Source of the DNA: Eledone cirrhosa
Lineage: Eukaryota
Length of the DNA stretch: 64,000 nucleotides
Assembly: GCA_964016885.1 (NCBI GenBank)
Contig: OZ024741.1
Coordinates: 130,758,001 to 130,822,000 of the forward strand
Direction: 5' to 3'
Part shown: in pieces, positions 56,641 through 64,000 of the stretch
Layout: each line of letters starts with the position of its first letter
Position numbering within the stretch: the first letter of the stretch is position 1
Made by a program: the position numbers and the translations under genes
The notes under the pieces: model-generated
The model's input: only the letters and a program-made list of their open reading frames with translations
The model's database searches: none
Told to the model about the DNA's origin: nothing

Positions 56641-57021
56641 TTCTTCTACATTCTATCTTCTTCTAGTTGGCAAAGCCAGAAACAAAAACAAAACAAATAG
56701 ACTTCTTCTTGTCGTTAGGCGGAGATTGAACTCAGAACACTATTTCCCAATTAAAATTAGCAGTTAAACAATTATATAACCAGAAGTTGTACCACTCAAC
56801 CAACCGAGACTTCCTGAAATTTTAAACATTTTTTAAAGTTATATTGCAAATATTAACCTTTGGAATCTTTATGGTCTTACCGACTTTACACTTACGTATT
56901 GATTTGCTGTAGTATTTTATACCGTTGGATACCGGGTTCGGTTATTCTATCAATCATTAAAGATTAAAATTTACTTTTATTTATTTAATTATTTTCATTT
57001 TTATCTGTACAAATAACTAAT

Positions 57022-57154
<133 letters not shown>

Positions 57155-57649
57155 TGTGACGCTAAACTCCGTCAGTTGCAGACTGCGCATCAATATGAGA
57201 TATTTTTCTCCACAAAGTTCGATCACCATCAGCAGAGTTTAAAGAGCAAACATCAAGTCCAGTCCATATGTTGACATTACCAAGTCATCGTTCTGGCTGC
57301 CGGCCTCTGATTCTCTACCAGCCAACCTTCCTTCCAGGCATAACCTACTCACACCACGAGTTTTTCTTTTTATATGACAGTATAGTTTGACTTAACAATA
57401 TTCTTGACTTAACAATTAATGTAATTGGTCTAAATTTGGTAATGTTGAGCAGCTCACCGATATAGATACCGTCGCTGAGCCACTTGTCAGTTATAAGCCT
57501 CATGATGTGGTTCTGGAATGTAGAGAGTTTTTGAAATGGCCTTGTCGTTCAATTAACACAGTCAAGACCATATAACACAACTGGTAGGATGTAAGTATCA
57601 AAGATCTTAGCCTGCAAATGATAGGAAACTCGTTTTGATGTTAGTACTT

Positions 57650-58110
57650 CCTAGTTCTTGTTGAAAGCTGCCCAACAGCATATATCAAAACAGATTTAGG
57701 AAATACACGCTGTATAGACATCTTGAAGGGAGTTAAGCAGTGGGGGTGTACTATCAGCACTTCTTTTCTATATAGTTATAGCTGCACTTATCTACGAAAC
57801 TGAAGAAGAATGCTCCTCTTGCTATCAAATAGGAGGCAAAATTCTATCAAATCTTAGCTATGCAGACGATCTGACCCTCATAAGTTACTCTAGAACTGAT
57901 CTGCAAGACTTTCTGAATGTACTGGCCAAACATTTGCTAGGGGCTGGCATCCCCATCAACATCTCCAAAACAAAGTTTATGACAACTGATAAAAACAATG
58001 CCAATCTCCAACTCACAATCTACAACCAGCAAATTGCTCGAGTTACGGAGTTTGTATATCTCGGTCACAAACTATCATCAAACAACAATGGAATGGTTGC
58101 TGCGCAGTAT

Positions 58111-58112
<2 letters not shown>
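57650..58112 (+). mobile_element. RTE-like RT remnant
   Basis: KGVKQWGVLSALLF, LSYADDLTL, INISKTKFM and FVYLGH. Confidence 0.78.
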
Positions 58113-58159
<47 letters not shown>

Positions 58160-58990
58160 ATAAAGTGAGTGAGAGAGTGAGAGGCTGTCTGGCATGCCTA
58201 CACAGATATTCATAGATACGCTCGTGAGTGTTGTACAAATATAGCCGAATATACATATACATCATCTCCTTCTTCCTTGCATTTTAGCCCTACCTTGCAA
58301 CTGGAAGCCACTTTCCTTGAAAGCCTTTCGAAATCTCACAATGCCACTTTCAGTAGCTAGAAGAAAATCGAAATATATACGTATCTCTACCACGAGTACA
58401 CATAATATATCGAACATTTTTCATAGATAGACGAAATACAATGGCTAAGGTAATTAAGCCTAGTTTCTAATAACGGAAATGCTGCAATATTATATTTATC
58501 ACCCCACGTCATATCCTCTCAAAACCACATCGCATAATTTAATAGATGCTCCAGTTCAAATTTTGTTTGGGGCTGACAAAATAAACTACCAGTTTTTGAA
58601 AACTCATATTCTAAACATTAATCTCTGAAAACTTTATCGTCTTTCCTGATTTATGGATTGCATCAAATATCTATATAATATCCTTCCATACTGGCTTCGT
58701 TTATTCTATTATTTGTCAGACTCTACTTTTAATATTATTTATTTTCATATTTTCCGCTACAAACAACTAATTATATATATATATTTTTTTTCTTGCCATT
58801 TATTCTTCTTTGCATCCGCCCCCTCTTATATTTCTAACTTGCTCTACGTCCTTTTCTTCTTTAAGTTTATCATATTATTTATGGCATAAAAACATGGAGA
58901 TTTGATGAAATAAATCACTGCCAATACTGGAATTGAATAATTATTTTGATTATAATCAAAACCGTAGTGGTATGTCACATATCAAATCAT

Positions 58991-59055
58991 ATATTTTGTC
59001 TGATGAAAACGTACATAAACACCATTGTACCTTTGAAATATGTATAATAAAATAT
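58991..59055 (+). ncRNA. Type I hammerhead ribozyme with a canonical core; predicted cleavage after AUA (A59046)
   Basis: AUAUUUUGU-CUGAUGA-[AAA c GUACA loop UGUAC c UUU]-GAAAU-augu-AUA-AUAAAAUAU. The 3' half recurs at ~54025-54054. Confidence 0.75.
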
Positions 59056-59108
59056 ATATTTTCATTATGAGAATATTCTTCATTTATTAACATTTTGAAT
59101 AATATATA

Positions 59109-59222
<114 letters not shown>

Positions 59223-59256
59223 TAGATAGATAGATAGATAGATATGTATATCAATT

Positions 59257-59551
59257 TAATTATATGAGTATAAAGAAAGTGTCCAAGCGCAGAAATGCTA
59301 TAAAGATTTCCTATAGAATAGAGTGAAAACCTTTAAAAGACAGGAAAAGAATCTGCCAACGACCGCTAGGAGGAATTCAACCCCATATCTTCAAGATATC
59401 TTCTGCCACTATCTGGAAAATATCAGGTTCAATTCCTCATAGCAGTCATTGGCAAATTCTTTTTCCGTCCTTTAAGGGTCTTCACCCTATTTTACAAGCT
59501 ATCTTTACAGTATTTCTGCCCTTAAGCACTTTCTTTATACTTATATGATTA
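59257..59551. repeat. ~295-bp imperfect palindrome (MITE-like)
   Basis: agtataaagaaagtg...gcagaaat pairs with atttctgc...cactttctttatact; mismatches are mostly transitions. Confidence 0.82.
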
Positions 59552-59595
59552 CATATAGTCTCATCGCTTCAAAAGCCCAAATTTCAGCTTCGTAC

Positions 59596-59631
<36 letters not shown>

Positions 59632-59633
<2 letters not shown>

Positions 59634-60109
59634 AAAGTTTTATTTAAAATTGTTGGGTTACAACGAGTAAATATTTTATAACTGATATAAAAGCACTCAA
59701 CAGTTTTTGGAGTAGGTTTACGATATTAAACAAATGGAAACTATATTTATAAAACCATATTTATTTCGTTATATATATTTCTGGGATATCATATTAAAAA
59801 TATGGTATGCCTTCCTCAGACAAAATACAATACATAAGCTGTTTTATAAATAATTTTGACATACCTTAGAATAATGCAACTTCCATTTAAAAAGTTGATC
59901 TCGCTCTGTTGTTTTTCTTTACATACATCTCTTCATCTTCTTCTTTTTATCTTCGTTTTTCTTCGTCTTTCTTTCTCTACAACTGTCCTTAACAGTTTCA
60001 CTACCAAATCAACTTTTTAAATGGAAGTTGCATTATTCTAAGGTATGTCAAAATTATTTATAAAACAGCTTATATAGTGTATTTTGTCTGAGGAAGGCAT
60101 ACCATATTT
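59632..60109 (-). mobile_element. Penelope-type mini-element with a ~102-bp inverted repeat and a hammerhead (59764-59826, minus strand)
   Basis: 59798-59899 is inverted at 60008-60109. The motif is UUUUGU-CUGAGGA...GAAAU-auau-AUA-ACGAAA, with (TA)n on both sides. Confidence 0.7.
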
Positions 60110-60331
60110 ATATATATATATATATATATATTGGATCTCATGTAAAAGTCGCCCCTAGTATGATTAATTGTTGTAATTGTTTTTTTTTTCTTAATTTTTT
60201 TCATCCTTTCTTTAGGACTTCTGTTATTTTCTTTGAAAGCAACGTTATTGTATTGGCCCCTAAAGTACTCCCATGGGCCCCCAAGGAACCCACGCACCAT
60301 AAAGCAAGCTGATGATCTGGCCAGTCCGCCA

Positions 60332-60404
<73 letters not shown>

Positions 60405-60444
60405 TTTATATGTATGTATATATTGCACACACACACACACACAC

Positions 60445-60538
<94 letters not shown>

Positions 60539-60599
60539 TGAGTCGTTTGGATGACTTGAAATTTAAAATGCTGACATCTAAACATAGAATCGCTACATT

Positions 60600-61800
60600 G
60601 ATAATAGCATTCGAAAATCGGGTAGAGTACGCTTAGGGACAGAAGATATGTGACTATCCCCAGGTACCATGTCGTCTGTAAATTCCAGCTGACTGATCCT
60701 ACACTCAGTGTTCAATCATCTTGCTGGGGATTGCGGACATGAGCAGTGAAAATATGCACACTTAGCGGATTTTGACATCCACATTGAATAGTTTTGACTT
60801 AGCATTATTTATTCGAGCAGAAATACTAGGGAATTCGTTTAGGGAATTAAAGGCAACGAGTATCTATCAGTCGATCCCATACTTCTGCAGAACCATCCAC
60901 AGGGCGTATGCATTTTCGAAGTTCATGAAATAAGACCTGTTTCGGTATGAATATTTGGTCGGCTGTGCTATATGCCAGGCTAAAAGCACACTGTTCGTCA
61001 GCCAGCTTAGACTCGACAATAACCCTACATCTTTTTCCCACACGTTTAGCATAGATATTACCGGGGAGGCTTACCAAGAAGATCCACCAATAATTGGAGC
61101 AATCTCTATGTTTCCTCTTTTGAGAATTGGGATTATCACTCCCGAGTGCCATTTCTTTGGTGCCTTTCCAGATACCCACGCTATCTAGCGCACACGAGTC
61201 AGCCAAATATACCTCCTCTACATAAGGCAGTTAACATATTGGGCTTAATTTCATTCTCCCCAGAGGTCTTGCAGCATTTGAGGTCTTTAATTGGTCTGGT
61301 GACTTCAGCCTCCGTAAGGTTTGTCTTCGCTCCTAGATTCAACTCATGTGCATAAGAAACTGTTGTTGTAACTAAGCTAATTAGTTTCCAACCCACTTCA
61401 ACGTCCTCAGTTTTTTCGGGGAGTTCTCTGAATTTGAATGCAATAGTATCCGCATACCTGATCTTTTCCCCAGGCAACGCTGCCCAATTTATCTTGTGGT
61501 TCAAACTGGAACCGCCATTTTTTTGTATTTACTTGACTTTAAGTAAGTTTCAGGCTCCAGATATCTAGATGTTGATCAGTTGTCAGCTCAATCCCCCCCT
61601 CTTAATACCAACAGCACATAATCGAAGAAATCACAGACAATAAAAAAAAAATCAATTACTAAATTCTGTCCCCGATTTCCATTATACCATGTATACTTAT
61701 GGATATCTTTGTACTGGAAAACGGTGCTCATTACAAAGAGCCCATTACTAGAATAGAAGTCTAATAAGGCCTCACCACATTAAGATCAGGGTTGCCGACA
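60600..61800 (-). mobile_element. Degraded RTE-like LINE (endonuclease to RT)
   Basis: TEAEVTRPIKDLKCCKTSGENEI, LVSLPGNIYAK, EQCAF...STADQIF. Confidence 0.75.
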
Positions 61801-62319
61801 AATTAATCTAAACTTCATATATGAAATTGGATTCTAACATTGAAATCAGAAATTAATATCAGAATATCATATACGTGTATTTAGAAGTAGTTGAAACTGA
61901 TGAGATTTATCACAATTTATAATAAAGGATAGAACCATAATAGGAACAAATCTTACGAAATAGGAAATAGGTAAATATCAAAAACTAAACTCAATGGAAT
62001 AATAGGATAATAGATATAAATTCATTGTCCATCAAAAGCTATTGTCTCAGTATAATAAATTGGATATAATATGAATTGAATAGCTTAGATAGAAAAACGA
62101 GAAAATCTCCCCCAGCATTGTGAATCTACGATGCTAAAGCTGACAAAAAATAGGCGGCACCTATAATTAAACGGGAATAAAAAGGTCTGGTCTAATTAAA
62201 ATACTATTACTAATTAATCAGAGTGGATCTACTTAAAAGGAAACAAAGGGAGATTAATTAGAATAAGACGAAAACAAACAGACAAATGAAACAACTGTTC
62301 ATATTATATATATATAGGC

Positions 62320-62710
62320 GGCATATAGTTACATCCCTTTACATTGTGTGTTCAAATGCTGCCGAGCTTAGCTTTGCCTTTCATCCTCAAAGGGTCGATA
62401 AAATAAAATACCAGTAATGCACTGAGCTAGATTTAATCTACTGGAGCACCCCCAGAAAAATTGTTGGCCTTGAACCTAAATCAGAAACCATGATGAGGTA
62501 GTGGGTTGCAGTATTGATAGAGCGTCAGAAAACAAGCTTCGTCGCATAGGTTGCGGCCCTTTATGTTCTGAATTCAAATCCCGCTGAGGTTAGCTTTGCC
62601 TTTCACCTTTTAAAGGGTCGATAAAATATAGTGCCAATGACGCACTGAGGTCGATTTAATCGACTGTACTCACCCACAAAATTGTTGTACTTGTGTCAAT
62701 AAATTAGAAG
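62320..62710 (+). mobile_element. Two tandem SINE family 1 copies (long subfamily)
   Basis: Two cores and tails. Confidence 0.85.
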
Positions 62711-62751
62711 TTTATAACACTGAAAGAAAAAACAAGGTTAGATGAGAAAAT

Positions 62752-63193
62752 AATTGTTTCTACCTTTGGCACAAGGCCAGCAATTATCCAGGACATTAGT
62801 GGTATTTTATTTTATCGACCCCATAAGGATGAAAGGCAAAGTTAACCTCGGTGGGATTTGAACTCAGAATGGTAAGGGCCGTAACTCTATGCGTCAAAGC
62901 ATGGCGTCCGACCCTCTACTGATACTGTCAATCCACCGCCCTTAGATGAGAAAATAATTGTTTCTACTTTAGGCACAAGGCCAGCAATTACTCAGTGCAT
63001 TACTGGTACTTTATTTTATCGACCCGTAAGGATGAAAGGCAAAGTCAACCTCGGCGGGATTTGAACTCAGAGAAAATAATTGTTTCTACTTTTGGCACAA
63101 GGCCAGCAATTATCCAGTGCATTACTGGTACTTTATTTTATCGACCCCATAAGGATGAAAGGCAAAGTCAACCTCGGCGGGATTTGAACTCAG
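62752..63193 (-). mobile_element. Three stacked SINE family 1 copies (one full, two identically 5'-truncated)
   Basis: The flank gagaaaataat recurs four times (~62744, ~62948, ~63070, ~63193). Confidence 0.9.
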
Positions 63194-63639
63194 AGAAAAT
63201 AATGCGGAATAGAAATAAGCAGAATATATAATTAATGGAATTGCAAGAAAAATAATAAAAGTGTAAAGATAGACAGGAGAAACCTTTCCCCGGTCAATAT
63301 CCTACATGACTGTAGTGGTGGAAAGTAAGCCATTATGACAACCAACAATGAATAAAGGAATCTGGGTAAATTACACACACACACACATATACAAACAAAC
63401 AACAAACATTCAAATACATACATACACGCACATATACATACACACATAAACACACACACATATTCACTCACACATTTTTCAGCCACCTCAAGGAATGCTA
63501 GAGATTGGGCATTCACAAGTGTATTACTTATCAAAGCAATCCAATCCAGGAATTTCTCACTCCTGTTGGAGGAACCCCTCTCTGATTGACTTCCACTATT
63601 TCCTGTTTTATTTGGTCATGTCAGGGATGTAGCCGTACT

Positions 63640-63860
63640 CACCACGCTTGGGAAATTGCAGGTTGGCGAGGATATTTAACCCATAGTTAAGGTGGATTCT
63701 AAGGAGTCCATCCACCCTTTTAACAGCTCTTGTTTTTTGTGCTGCCTGAATTCCACTTACCCTGACCAGAAGAGGGTCTGGTGGGGAAACCTGTTTAGTC
63801 GCCGACCACTCGACCATGAAGTAGGTTGTACTAAGCTACATGGTACCAGTAACTGGCAAA
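63640..63860 (-). mobile_element. RTE-like LINE 5' region, third copy
   Basis: Shares the block gtttagtcgccgaccactcgaccatga...acatggtaccagta. Confidence 0.55.
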
Positions 63861-64000
63861 ATCGGTGCCTGTTGGATATTGAGCATTAACACAACGTGAT
63901 TCAGAATGCAGGTGTATATGAGAGCATATACTACTACTACTACTAAACCAAAAGCAACTCATAAAGTATTGCATATTGAGGGCATCAGGAAAAAAATATT

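Overview
This is repeat-saturated, AT-rich animal genomic DNA with no recognisable host protein-coding gene. The microsatellite density and SINE types suggest an octopod cephalopod, which is an inference. The window opens with a ~6.2 kb 60-bp trinucleotide-derived tandem array that carries signs of a 5,620-bp higher-order duplication. The rest is a mosaic of microsatellites and mobile elements. These include a full-length but mutated Tx1/L1-clade LINE in (AAT)n, three truncated sister Tx1 copies stacked in (GATA)n, R4/Dong-like REL-endonuclease LINEs in (CATA)n and (AAT)n, and RTE, CRE, CR1 and L2-like remnants. There is also a Penelope RT/GIY-YIG remnant, two mariners, a head-to-tail Helitron pair, palindromic MITE-like elements and many tRNA-derived SINEs. 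The most notable signals are: (1) an abundant SINE whose 3' terminus resembles the Tx1 3' terminus and which repeatedly inserts at ATTAT sites, forming same-site tandem arrays; (2) closely related Tx1 families occupying different microsatellites; (3) about eight hammerhead-ribozyme motifs, several canonical, in (TA)n-flanked Penelope-type mini-elements and inverted repeats. All calls were made by eye from motifs, with no database searches, and the boundaries of degraded elements are approximate.
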